This document shows positions 40,930-53,304 of a DNA stretch of 64,000 bases, in pieces. The stretch is from contig OZ024741.1 of assembly GCA_964016885.1 (NCBI GenBank), forward strand, positions 93,682,001-93,746,000. Direction: 5' to 3'. Below the pieces are notes generated by a model, which was not told where the DNA came from, made no database searches, and saw only the letters and a program-made list of their open reading frames with translations. Source of the DNA: Eledone cirrhosa (Eukaryota). Made by a program: the position numbers and the translations under genes. Every line of letters starts with the position of its first letter. Positions within the stretch are counted from its first letter, which is position 1.

Positions 40930-41146
40930 TATTTTATCTGATGAAAGCGTACCATTATTTGCCTTGGTTGCCCTTGAAATATGTATAATAAAATAAATAT
41001 GGTTTTATAAATATAGTTTCTATTTATTAATATATTGTATATATATTAATAAATAGAAACTATATTTATAAAACCATATTTATTTTATTATACATATTTC
41101 AAGGGCAACCAAGGCAAATTATGGTGCGCTTTCATCAGATAAAATA
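40930..41146. ncRNA. Palindrome with two hammerheads (40930-40995 +, 41081-41146 -)
   Basis: TATTTTAT-CTGATGA-AAGC..CCTT-GAAA-TATGTA-TA-ATAAAATA; same family as 25227. Confidence 0.85.
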
Positions 41147-41201
41147 TATTGTATGTATATATATATATATATATATATTTATATTAATATATATATATAT
41201 A

Positions 41202-41392
41202 TAATTGTTTCTACGTTAGGCACAAGGCTATCAATTACCCAGTGCATTACTGGTACTTTATTTTATCGACCCCGTAAGGATGAAAGGCAAAGTTAACCTT
41301 GGCGGGATTTGAACTCAGAATGGCAGGGGCCGTAACTCTATATGTCAAAGCATGGCGTCCGACCCTCTACTAATACGGCCAATCCACCGATG
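41202..41392 (-). mobile_element. Second-family tRNA-derived SINE
   Basis: B box GAGTTCAAATCCC on minus; near-identical to 32880-32985. Confidence 0.8.
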
Positions 41393-41467
41393 TAGTAATA
41401 ATAATAAATGTGAAGACTAAAACCCAAAGAGGGCTCGATAAGGATAAATATATATCAAATAACCTGT

Positions 41468-41499
<32 letters not shown>

Positions 41500-41505
41500 A
41501 ATTAT

Positions 41506-41658
41506 GTCTCATAAAATAATACAACTGGCTATCCGCAAAATACGTATAGTTAGCACCCCAAACGTATAATTGGGATTATACTAAGGTATATCCTAATGTT
41601 TGTTGAGTGAGACGGAAGCCGGTCGGAATATTGCTTAAAGCTTTCTCTGTTAATGTAT

Positions 41659-41664
<6 letters not shown>
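41506..41664 (+). repeat. Second copy of the structured about 160-bp repeat
   Basis: Aligns to 26134-26294; flanked by (TA)n. Confidence 0.85.
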
Positions 41665-41711
<47 letters not shown>

Positions 41712-41718
<7 letters not shown>

Positions 41719-42127
41719 ATCAAAAGATGGTTAAAAGAGTTCCATGTATTTTATTATGCGCATTTCAAAAACAAATATCATCATGAGATGACATTTGCGT
41801 TTTCGTCAGATAAAATAGGGATACATGATATGAAGGTTAAAAAACACTTGTGAATAGTAGAGTTTTAAATCAACATATGTTGATTTAAAACTCCACTATT
41901 CACAAGTGTTTTTTAACCTTCATATCATGTATCCCTATTTTATCTGACGAAAACGCAAATGTCATCTCATGATGATATTTGTTTTTGAAATGCGCATAAT
42001 AAAATACATGGAACTCTTTTAACCATCTTTTGATCTTATATTATTTATACTCCAGTCCTACAAACTGTAGAGTGCTACTTATCCGATATCTGCATTGCTT
42101 TATTGTACTACAATAAAACTCACCTCC

Positions 42128-42131
<4 letters not shown>
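41712..42131 (+). mobile_element. Fold-back hammerhead element: 330-bp palindrome plus tail
   Basis: HHR 41936-42006 (+) TATTTTAT-CTGACGA-16 bp stem-GAAA-TGCGCA-TA-ATAAAATA; mirror at 41747-41817 (-); (TA)n on both sides. Confidence 0.88.
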
Positions 42132-42168
<37 letters not shown>

Positions 42169-42176
<8 letters not shown>

Positions 42177-42713
42177 GAAATAAAATAACAGGAGGCTGGA
42201 CTGGTGTAAATCGTTGAAAGGTTTATTATACTATGATCATTTCAATGACCGGGTTCCATTTGAATCCAGTGATATCATCAGGTATTGGAATATAACAAAG
42301 GAATATGTAAAAAAACCATGGGTCCGAAAAATCAGAGACAGAGACAGAGAGGACGACTGGCCAACTAGCTTCTCGGCCAGTCGCCTTCTCTGTCTCTATC
42401 TCTGTCTCTGATTTTTCGGACCCATGGTTTTTTACATATTCCTTTGTTATATTCCAATACCTGATGATATCACCGGATTCAAATGGAACCCGGTCATTGA
42501 AATGATCATAGTATAATAAACCTTTCAAGGATTTACACCAGTCCAGCCTCTTGTTATTTTATTTCATTTATAATTAACTCCGTATTCGCACCACCGACTA
42601 CACAAACGAAGATGGGTAAACTGCACTGCGTTGAGTACTCTTCACAATATTACACCAGGATTGACCATACGGAATGACCAGTTCTATCCAGTGGTGAACC
42701 AACAAACCTAAAG
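42169..42713 (+). mobile_element. Fold-back hammerhead element: 400-bp palindrome plus tail
   Basis: HHR 42457-42514 (+) ATAC-CTGATGA-..-GAAA-TGATCA-TA-GTAT; mirror at 42228-42285 (-); (TA)n on both sides. Confidence 0.88.
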
Positions 42714-43353
42714 ATATATATATATATATATATATATACCTTCCATATACTGTACTAAGAGAATAACCAATTCTTTGCTCATCAGTAAACCCTTCAATGT
42801 CGTGTAAACTTGGCTGCTATTTTTAGTAGCGTACGTTTACGAGACACGCTAGGTTCTGATGCCATGTGCGTTATTTTATATTCTCACACTATTTAGTCTT
42901 CTGAGATACTTAGAAGTGAAGGGTTTACTAATTTTACACCCACTGATGAGCAAAGAATTAGTAATTCCCTTCGCTAAAATTGCGAAACACCCTACCATAT
43001 GCTGTCTGGGTGTCTGGCAGTTGCCCAATATCGGTTTGTATTTCTTTTCTTGATTTATTATTTTAAATTGAGTCTGGCAAACCCTATTGTTAAAAGTTAG
43101 TATTTTTTCACCCTAGCGAATCTGGTCCCTTACGATTTGAACACATATATGTTTATATCTGTGTGTATCTTTCTTTTATATTACACGGCTCAGAAAAACC
43201 TATTTCATCGAGCTATTTAATTGTAAGAGACTATTTTGAGTTTCTAACTCAATATATACCTTTGATATATATTAATACATATATTAATACATATATATGC
43301 ACAACACATATATACATATACACACATACACGCCCACACCCATCCTTATAAAT

Positions 43354-44530
43354 ATCATCATCATCGGGTGCTAGGTCTGTTCCAGTCATCGGCAACCATA
43401 TCTCTCCAGTCCTTCCTGTTGTCAGTATTCCGGATGAGGTCGCCCTTTCTTGTCTTATTTTCGTTGACCTATTTGTTCCGACTGTCTGTAAATGTTGTTC
43501 TTTGTCTTCTTTGTCTCCTCTTTCCAGCGATCTGGCCACAAAGAATCAGCTTCTCCAAACTATCACTTCTGTTTATGTTGCCAAAGAATTCCGATTGCCT
43601 TTTTCTAATAGTTCGGACAAGAGATCTTTCCATGCCTGCCAGTCTTAGGATTTTATCATTGGTTTTCTTTTCTGTCCAATATATACTGAATATTCTCCAG
43701 ATGAACCACATTTCAGCGGTGTCCAGTTTCTTTGCCATGTTAATGCTTATTATGGAGCATTCACAACCGTATAGAAGGATGGACCACAAGTATGTTTTCA
43801 GGACAAGAATGTTTGTGTATACACTGATGTTTCTGTTTGTAAATATGGATTTCATTTTGTTAAAAGCAACTTTAGATAAACTAATCATTTTCTATATTTC
43901 TCTCTCTCTCATCTGCTGTCTGATGTCAAGGTGTATCTAAGGTATTTAAGGAGTATACTTGTTTAATGTTTACGTCACTACATTTGATGTTGCATGACGT
44001 TATCTGAAGCTTTCTGGAGACCACCATGCATTCTGTTTTATTTGCGTTTAGTGTAAGTCCTTTTACCTCACCGCTGAGTGTCACTGTGTCGAGGAGGGAC
44101 TGAAGCCCTTGTTTTGAGTCGGCTATCAGGACGGTATCGTCGGCATACTTGAGGTTGTTGATGTTTCGCCCTCCAGCCTTAACTCTATCTAAACCGTCGA
44201 TGTTACACATAATTGGTTCGCTGCATAAATCAAACGTTCGGGTGAAAGCATGCAGCCCTGTCTGACACCTTTTCGAAATATTTTGAAATCACTTATCTCA
44301 CCATTTATTCTTATAGTAATCATGTGTTCCCAATACAAATTTCGAAGGACTCGCAGGTCTTTGCAATCTAAGTCTAATTTTTGTAGTACGCTAAACAGAT
44401 TATCATGCTTCAACCCGTCGAACGCTTTTGAATAGTCTATGAAGCATAGAAAGGTGTCTTTTTGCACTTTGATGGAACTTCATGATACCGTGGATATGGT
44501 GAAGATTGCGTTTCTAGTGCTCTTGTACCA
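43354..44530 (-). mobile_element. RTE-like LINE 3' fragment
   Basis: FIDYSKAFD, GVRQGC, YADD, LLYGCE; (ATG)n tail. Confidence 0.9.
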
Positions 44531-44909
44531 AAGATTCTGGGGACCACGGAGTGTGACCAGCACAGAACAATAAGTCTTATGAGTCATGTGGGTATGGTGT
44601 GGCGTGCGGTGGCCGGAAGCGGGGGAGTGCTCGACCGGAAGGGTGCTTGGCCGGAAGGATACTCGACCGGAAGGGCCAGCAGAGGGCCTCTCTCTAGTGG
44701 TGACCAGCAAACGGTGTGGACGCGAGTTTTGGCAGCTCCCGGTGTTAAGCAGTTGGACGCACGTGGAAGAGGAGTAACCTGCAGTGGAGTTTAGCGGCGC
44801 CTATGAAAAGCGGTAAGTGAGATAGCTCTTTCTAACCACAAGCTATTTCGGCGACTGGGAAAAAAACAAAACAAAAAAAAAAAACACTTGCCGCAAGACA
44901 AATCAGAAG

Positions 44910-45671
44910 ATGGCGACAAGACTACGGACGAACGAAGCTATCAGGGCATTTACCGGGGAAGGCAATGTTGTCGCTTGGCTGCGGAAAGTTCGGCTGGTCG
45001 CAAGTTTGCAGAAGATAGAGGATGTGGCTGGCCTCATGGCACTGTACCTCGAGGGGGACACGTTGGTACTCTTCCTTGAGTTGGACGAGCACAGCCAAAG
45101 AGATGCGCAGAAGATTGAGAGGCGTCTGATGGATGCATTCGCCGAGGGACCGTTGGCGGCTTTTGCTAAGCTGGCGAGAATCAGGTGGAATGGTGAGCGC
45201 GTCGACATTTTCGCAGCGGAAATACGGCGGTTGGCCATGTTGGCTGGTTATCAGGTGGAATGCGAACGCACGGTGCGGTTGGCGTTCATCAATGGATTTC
45301 CAGACGACATAGCGGTGAAACTGCAGCAAGTCCCGGGTTATAAAGAGATGGAAATGCGTTCACTGGTGGAACAAGCCCGGATCATAGCAGAAGATGCCAA
45401 AAAGAGTGTTGCGGCGATAGCAACTACGGAGGCTCAGGACACCTGGCAGCGAAATGGTGACAGGGAGGCAACCTCGGCACGCGGTCGCCCGCGAACGTTT
45501 AGAGGTCGCTGTTTTCGGTGCTAGGGCCCGCACATGGCTAGAGACTGTAGAGAGTCGAGGCCGGAGATAATTTGCTACCAGTGTAAGCGACCAGGCCACA
45601 TCGCTACTAACTGCGACCAGGGAAACGATCCAAGGGGAACTACTGCACCGGTAGTTGCCCCTTACGAGTAG
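44910..45671 (+). pseudogene. gag: Gag with two CCHC knuckles, premature TAG at 45522
   Basis: CFRC*GPHMARDC and CYQCKRPGHIATNC. Confidence 0.85.
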
Positions 45672-45682
45672 CGGCGCTGCCC

Positions 45683-48470
45683 GTGGTGGAAGTCTTCGTG
45701 AGGGGGAAGCCACAGCGAGCCCTCGTGGACACGGGCTGTACGACGACACTAGTGACCGCGGGGGTGGCGAAGAGGTGGGGAGGGAAGAGCAGTGTAAGGG
45801 CAGTCGACGGCAGGAAAATTGAATGCCGAGGTCGCAGCGAGATGGAAATAGCGGTACAGGGAAGGAGGATAAGGCTTTCCGCCATCGTAGTAGACAGTGT
45901 GGTGGATGGGATCGGCGTGGTTATGGGCATGGACGCGATTGGCCGTCTAGGGGGCGTCACGGTGAACAACGTCGGTGTGTCGTTTGGCGCCGCTGCATCG
46001 GTATGCGCTATGAGTGCACGTCATGAGAACCAGAAGGCCCACGAGGAGGAATACCCCGCTTACACTGTGCAGGACAAAGACTTCAAGGCCGTGTTTGATG
46101 GGCAGCGATGGGTTGTTGTGTGGTACTGGAAGGGAGAACCACCAACACTGAAGACCAAAGTGGGCTGCTATCAACACACATTGAAGGGAAACATTAGGAG
46201 CGAGAAGTAGAGAGATGGATCGAAGAGGGCATACTGCTTCCCTGGAAGGAGGAGGTGAAGTGCGGAGTATTGCCGTTAATGGCGGTGGTGCAACCAACGA
46301 AGAGCAAGGTGAGGCCGGTGCTGGACTATCGGGAGCTGAACGAGCACGTGTCATGCCACACGGGTGGCGAGGTCACGGATGTCTGTGGGGAAACCCTGCG
46401 TGAGTGGAGACGCATGACGGGGGGTTCAGCGATCGTAGATCTAAAGTCGGCTTACTTGCAGTTGCATATAGATGAGAAGCTCTGGCGGTATCAGCTGGTC
46501 AGGTATAAGGGCCGGACATATTTCCTGACCAGGCTCGGTTTCGGGCTGAGCGCCGCACCAAAGATCATGGTGGCGGTCCTCAAGACCGCTCTGGGGAAGG
46601 CCGACAAGATAAAGAGGGCTACTAACTCCTATATTGACGACATCCTAGTGGACGAGTCGGTGGTGTCGGCGGCGGAGGTCACGAGCCATTTACGGGGGTA
46701 TGGACTGACTGCGAAGCTGTCAGAAGCATTGGAGGGAGGAGCCGCGCTGGGACTTAGGCTACGGCGAGACAGGACGGGCGTTTTGGTATTCCAGAGGGGA
46801 AACGAAGTTCCGGAACTGGGCCCAAGTATGAGTAGGCGGGAGCTTTTCTCAGTGTGTGGAAAGCTGGTGGGTCACTACCCGATCGCTGGGTGGCTCCGGA
46901 CGGCATGCAGCTATGTCAAGAGACGAGCGGGAGGAGTGACTTGGAGTGACAGAGTGGGAGAGAGGACGGTGGCCATGATGCAGGAGATCGTGGGGGAGGG
47001 TGAAGGCCGACGACCCAGTGCGGGGACGCTGGTATGTTCCCAAATCACAGAGCGGTGCGATGCCAGCAGCATAGCGCTGAGTGTCACGTTGGAGATAGGT
47101 GTTGAGGTCGAGGATGCAGCCTGGCTTAGAAAGAAGGACGACTGCAACCACATCAATGTGGCCGAGCTGGACGCGGTGTTGAGAGGGGTGAACCTCGCCC
47201 TGCGGTGGGGGCTGCGCACCATCGAGATACGCACCGACTCGGCTACTGTACTCGGATGGGTAAGATCAGTGCTCACCAGTGAGAAGAGAGTGCGAACGAG
47301 AGGCGCGGCGGAGATGCTGATAAAGCGCCGCCTGGGAACGTTAGGAGAGCTGGCCACCGAGTTCGACCTGAGGCTGAGCGTAGTTTTCGTGCCCTCAGAG
47401 AAAAATAGGGCGGACATCTTAACTAGAGTGAAGAAAGCCTGGATGGAAGCGCCGGAGGAGGTAGAGGATGAGATAGCTGCCGTGTGTCGGCTGACCGAGT
47501 CGGATCTGAAGGGGTTGCATGACATGCACCACATGGGGGTGGATAGGAGCCTGTTCCTAGCCAGGAGAATCGACTCGGACATTAGCAGACACAGTGTTGG
47601 GGGGGGGGGGTTAGAGGCTACGTCCGTTGTCAGTCCATTGATCCCACCCCGGGTGTACACGAAACGGGAAGCCTCCCGGTCGATCGCGACTGGAAGCGAT
47701 TAGCGGTAGATATGACACACTACCGGCAGGGAACGTACCTCTCGATGGTCGACTGTGGACCAGGTCGAATGGCGATATGGAGGGAGATGAGGACTGGAAC
47801 GGCCGAGGAAATCGTGCGGACGTTGAGAGAGGTGTTCTTGGAGCGGGGCCCTGTGGACGAACTGCTGATGGACAACAGCGCAGCGTACCGCTCGGAGGCA
47901 CTGAGGGAGATGCTCGATGGATGGAAGGTGGACCGTTTCTTCAGAGCGGCGCACAGGCCGAGCGGGAATGGAATCGTGGAGCGACACCACCGGACGATCA
48001 AGGCAATGGCGGAGCGGGGCCATACAATAGAGGCAGTGTTCAGGTACAATATGTCCCCTCGGGTTGGACAGGTCGAGGAATCGGTGCCACACAGAGCAGT
48101 ATTCAAATACGAGTGGCGGCACCCGTGCACGCCACCACAACGGCAAGTGGGGAGAGAGAGTGCATTTGTGCAGGTGGGCGAAGAAGTCTGGGTTAAGCCC
48201 CCAGATGCACGTTGCACATCTCAATGGGGAAGGGGAACGGTGACGGCCGTAAATTCAAAGAACAATGTGTCCGTGGACGGGGTACCACGTCATGTCCTGG
48301 ATGTAAGAAGAATCACTGTGTCGACGGACTCCGAGGAAGAGGAAACCCAAGATGAGGTGGAAACCCAGAGCTCTGCCCCAATACTACGGAGATCGCAACG
48401 AAGTCGTAGACCACCAACCTGGACAGCAGACTTTCATATGCAGAGGGACGAGGGGGAAATTGATCCTTGA
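45683..48470 (+). pseudogene. pol: Pol: protease, RT, RNase H, integrase (frameshifted)
   Basis: ALVDTGC; RPVLDYRELN, VDLKSAY, YIDD; CDAS, AELDAV, RTDS, NRAD; DMTH, MDNS, NGIVERHH. Confidence 0.9.
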
Positions 48471-48874
48471 GATCAGGGGGGGGGGTATGGTGTGGCGTGC
48501 GGTGGCCGGAAGCGGAGGAGTGCTCGACCGGAAGGGTGCTTGGCCGGAAGGATGCTCGACCGGAAGGGCCAGCAGAGGGCCTCTCTCTAGTGGTGACCAG
48601 CAAACGGTGTGGACGCGAGTTTTGGCAGCTCCCGGTGTTAAGCAGTTGGACGCACGTGGAAGAGGAGTAACCTGCAGTGGAGTTTAGCGGCGCCTATGAA
48701 AAGCCGTAAGTGAGATAGCTTTTTCTAACCACAAGTCACATAACAAAAATTCACCTCCACATTTTCATGACTAGAATGAGAAACAAAATTCACTCGGAAA
48801 TATCAGACACCCAATTGGGATTTGTTCCGGACAAGAGTACTAGAAACGCAAACTTCACCCTACATAAATATAGG

Positions 48875-49585
<711 letters not shown>

Positions 49586-49811
49586 TATATATATATATGT
49601 ATACTTATCTATATTTATGTGGATAGGTGAAGATTGCGTTTCTAGTCCTTTTTTTCTAGGCAGCTTTTGGAAAAGTTTATAACATCATTAGAAATCCCAT
49701 GTGTGTATGTGTGTAGGTTCCCCGAGTTGTGTCGGGGGGTGGTGGTGTACCAAAGTTGAAAATGTACTCAATACGTTAGTGGAATATAGGCATCTTTATT
49801 ATATATAGAAA

Positions 49812-50622
49812 ATAGCTGCAGTACCCGGTAATACCCGGGAAAGGTGGGGTTATTCGCAGTTCCCAGAGTGCGCCTGAAAATGCTAGCTCATTGGCAGATC
49901 AATCAATTTTTTGTGTGGAACTATTAATAGCTGTTTAAGTCATAAGTCCTTCTATCCAGCTTTCTTCATCCAGAGTGAATAAGCCGGGGGAAGTTTGAGC
50001 TCGAAGAGTATCAAACTTATTCAACAAATGTATGTATAAGAATAGCAAACTTACTGCCTTAGCGCTCAAGGACAAACACAGAACAATTGAGGAAGACATC
50101 GCAATTATTGAAGAAATTATAACCGAGTGAACATATTCAGGTACTGTTCTAGCACCCTGTATATCACCGTTTGTAAAGCCCTTCGAATGACTAAAGCAAT
50201 TCAATAAAACCCTCCCGTTTTCCCCCTATAGTAGACATAACCCGAGAAAAAACACCATAAGTCGGATAAACAATCAAGAAGTGTTGGCCCTAAAGAGGGC
50301 TTTGTAACGTTCACGGTTGCAAAATGTCAATAATGGGGGGAAGTTACATCTTCTTAATTCGTGTTAATCTTCTCACGACCCGACACCTCGAAATATCGAC
50401 AAAATAAACTTTACTCTCAAAGACGGCTTGTTACAATTAACATGCCGGGAGTATGAATATTCGTCAACATACGATTTAGGTTTTATTCTTCGGACTAATC
50501 TCATGGAAAGCCAACTTCCAGCTCATCACACCTTTTTGTAACTTATCACCGATTCCTGCAGTTGATCTTAATGTGACCTAAGCATGTGCACGTGTTCAGA
50601 ATCATCCAGATCAGTGGATGTG

Positions 50623-50686
<64 letters not shown>

Positions 50687-51333
50687 CTGTTCAGTCGTCA
50701 ACCAAAATTAGATTGTCGTCTGCTTTGTTTGAAATTTCTTTATGTATATTTCTAATAAGTTGCTGCCTCGTTTTGAAGGTCTGAGTTATGGGAGGAGGAA
50801 GGGGAGTAGTGGGAGGGAGGTTTTAACATACAGTAGTAGTAGTATCTCCTCTTCCCCCTCTCTCAATGAAACGTCTTCTCTTTCCTCCTCCATTGTAAAG
50901 ATGTCCCCTGGGGTTCTATTATTGATTTTTATTGAAATCCAATTAGCCAGTCCTGTTTCTGAATATTAGCTTAACATGTGTGTAAAGTTTCATCAGGATC
51001 AGATCACTGGTTATACACAGACAGACAGAAACTGCCATTTATATAGTAGACTAGCAGAAAACCACACGGTGGGCGGTTTTCTGCTAGTCTATATATATAA
51101 AACAGAGGATGTCTGGGAATTGAGGAGTGCTACAGAAACATATATACATTTCTGTGTGTGTGTAATATATATATATATACACACACAGAAATATATATAT
51201 ATTCACACAGAAATATATATACATTTCTGTGTGTGTAATATATATATATATACACACAGAAATATATATACAATTCTGTGTGTGTAATATATATATATAC
51301 ACACACAGAAATATATATACATTTCTGTGTGTG

Positions 51334-51369
<36 letters not shown>

Positions 51370-51670
51370 CACACACACAGAAATGTATATATGCTTCTGT
51401 AGCACTCCTCAATTCCTCCCTCTCTCCCTCCCGCTATCCCCCTCTTGTAGTCTGTCTCTTTCTTTCACTCTCACTCTCTCTCTACGCGTGCGCAAAAAAC
51501 ATTCGCACGCGCACACGTGTTTTAGCGTCTATTCACTCTCTCCCTCCCGCTATCCCCCTCTCGTAGTCTGTCTCTTTCTTTCACTCTCACTCTCTCTCTA
51601 CGCGTGCACGTGTTTCCACTGTCGGACAGACAGACAGAGAAATTGCTGGTTATATATTATAAGGAGATGA
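49812..51670 (-). mobile_element. Cluster of Helitron-like elements and ends, with a palindrome at 51113-51417
   Basis: TAGCTGCAGTACCCGGTAATACCCGGGA matches the 14728 end; ACAGACAGAAACTGCCATTT at about 51021 and a similar motif at 51630; hairpin 51049-51089. Confidence 0.5.
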
Positions 51671-53304
51671 CATCTACAGGACTAGAACTGTTTTATTCGT
51701 ATGATATCACCATTCCTGATGATTTCATACGAATGAAACAGTTCTAGTTCTGTAGAAGTCATCTCTCTCTATATATAATATAGATAAAAAGTAAAAGTTG
51801 AAAAGCACAGGGGTATATTTAAAGATTATATTTTTCTTTAATCCAACAGAATAAATATTTTTAGAATCCTTTTTCATTATATGTATATATACATATATAT
51901 TAACTTGTGTTCGGTCATATTTATAAAATGAAAGACAGGTTTAGATCTTAGGAATGCTGAGAGCAATAATCTATATGATTTACAAGCATTATGGAAGAAT
52001 CTATTACTTGAAAACAAAGAAGGGGATTGGTTTCTCTCTGTATTCAAGTTTTTATTTGACAAATTAATATTTCTGGTGGTCGGCAATATTAATTAATCAA
52101 ATGGCGTGTAGCTCGTGGTGCATGTCTTTAGGTAATCTTTGCGGTAAGACCTTTGCCACTTTTCGAATATTTGTTGTGAATTGGCATTCGTCTGCAATCA
52201 TAAAGTAATATTGGGATGATAACAATTAGTTTGGTAACATAATCCAACTGGGGAAATACTCAGCTACCAACATAAAGAAATGTTTCAATTCACGAAAAAG
52301 ACATTTTACTTATTCGCCATTTTCCTACAAAATGATATTCGTGGATGTGAAGAATCTCTAAGTGTAACGAAATGGAAGCCACCCTATAAGGTATTTAATG
52401 CGCCGGCACCTCCCTCTCTCATTCATTAAAAAAAAAAAAAAAATTTCCGATCGTTTTGAAGGCCATATTTGTTCAAAACAATACGAAAAATAAACTTAAC
52501 CTCCAAAGCAAGACGAGTGTAATATTGACCTCCAAACTCGAAGGCGACCCTTACTCCCACCCAATTAACTCAAAGACGAATAATTCCCGATGTTTTTGAA
52601 TGCCGGATTCGTTCAGGACATTAAAAAGCAACGGGAAAACGAATTTTACCTATAAAACATAACGGTTGTAATAGTAAAGAAAAATCCGAGGGGAACCGTC
52701 CACCACCTCCCCAATAAACTAAAAAAAGATTTAAAAAACCCGAATGATTTTCGATGGTTTTGAATATCCGATAAATTCGTTCAAAATACTGCTTGGATAA
52801 CATTTGAGTTCGTTGTGTTAACAAATAACGTCGATATGAACACCGAAATATCTGAATAAAAAAAAAAAAGTATTATGAGGTAAGATGCATTCTTATCAGT
52901 TTAAATATCGGCATTATAATTATACTGTAACGGTGATTTGTAATTGTATATAATTTCATCGATATGATATTGGAACACACCGATGCTTGAATTTTTCTGG
53001 TATTTTGCTTAATGTTTCAAAAATTGACATTGGTATATCGTATTTGTTTCTTCTACTTTACATATTTTTTAAACTTCAGTAATTGATTTGACAGGGACAT
53101 CATTTTCATTTTAGATTGACACATTCATCATTCGTTTAGCATTTTCTTTCCAACTAGAGCATTTTTGCATCTAATCAAAATAAAACTGTTGTGGCAAACT
53201 CAGACCAAGTCGAGTTGAATTTTTTTTTTTTTACTTGTTCTTGGGAAGCCATAAACGTCGCGTAACTCTTCACTTCGAATTTATATGAGGAATAAATGCT
53301 TTAG

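Larger units (their letters stand above)
44587..48733 (+). mobile_element. Gypsy-like LTR retrotransposon, 4.15 kb, defective
   Basis: About 254-bp near-identical LTRs 44587-44840 / 48480-48733 (TGTGG..CCACA); TSD AGTCA at 44582-44586 and 48734-48738; purine run before the 3' LTR. Confidence 0.95.

Noticed and set aside
42214-42528. Two near-identical ORFs on opposite strands
   Set aside because: By-product of the palindrome; no protein motif
51665-51765. Hairpin containing CTGATGA...GAAA
   Set aside because: Stems I and III cannot be paired convincingly; at most a decayed hammerhead
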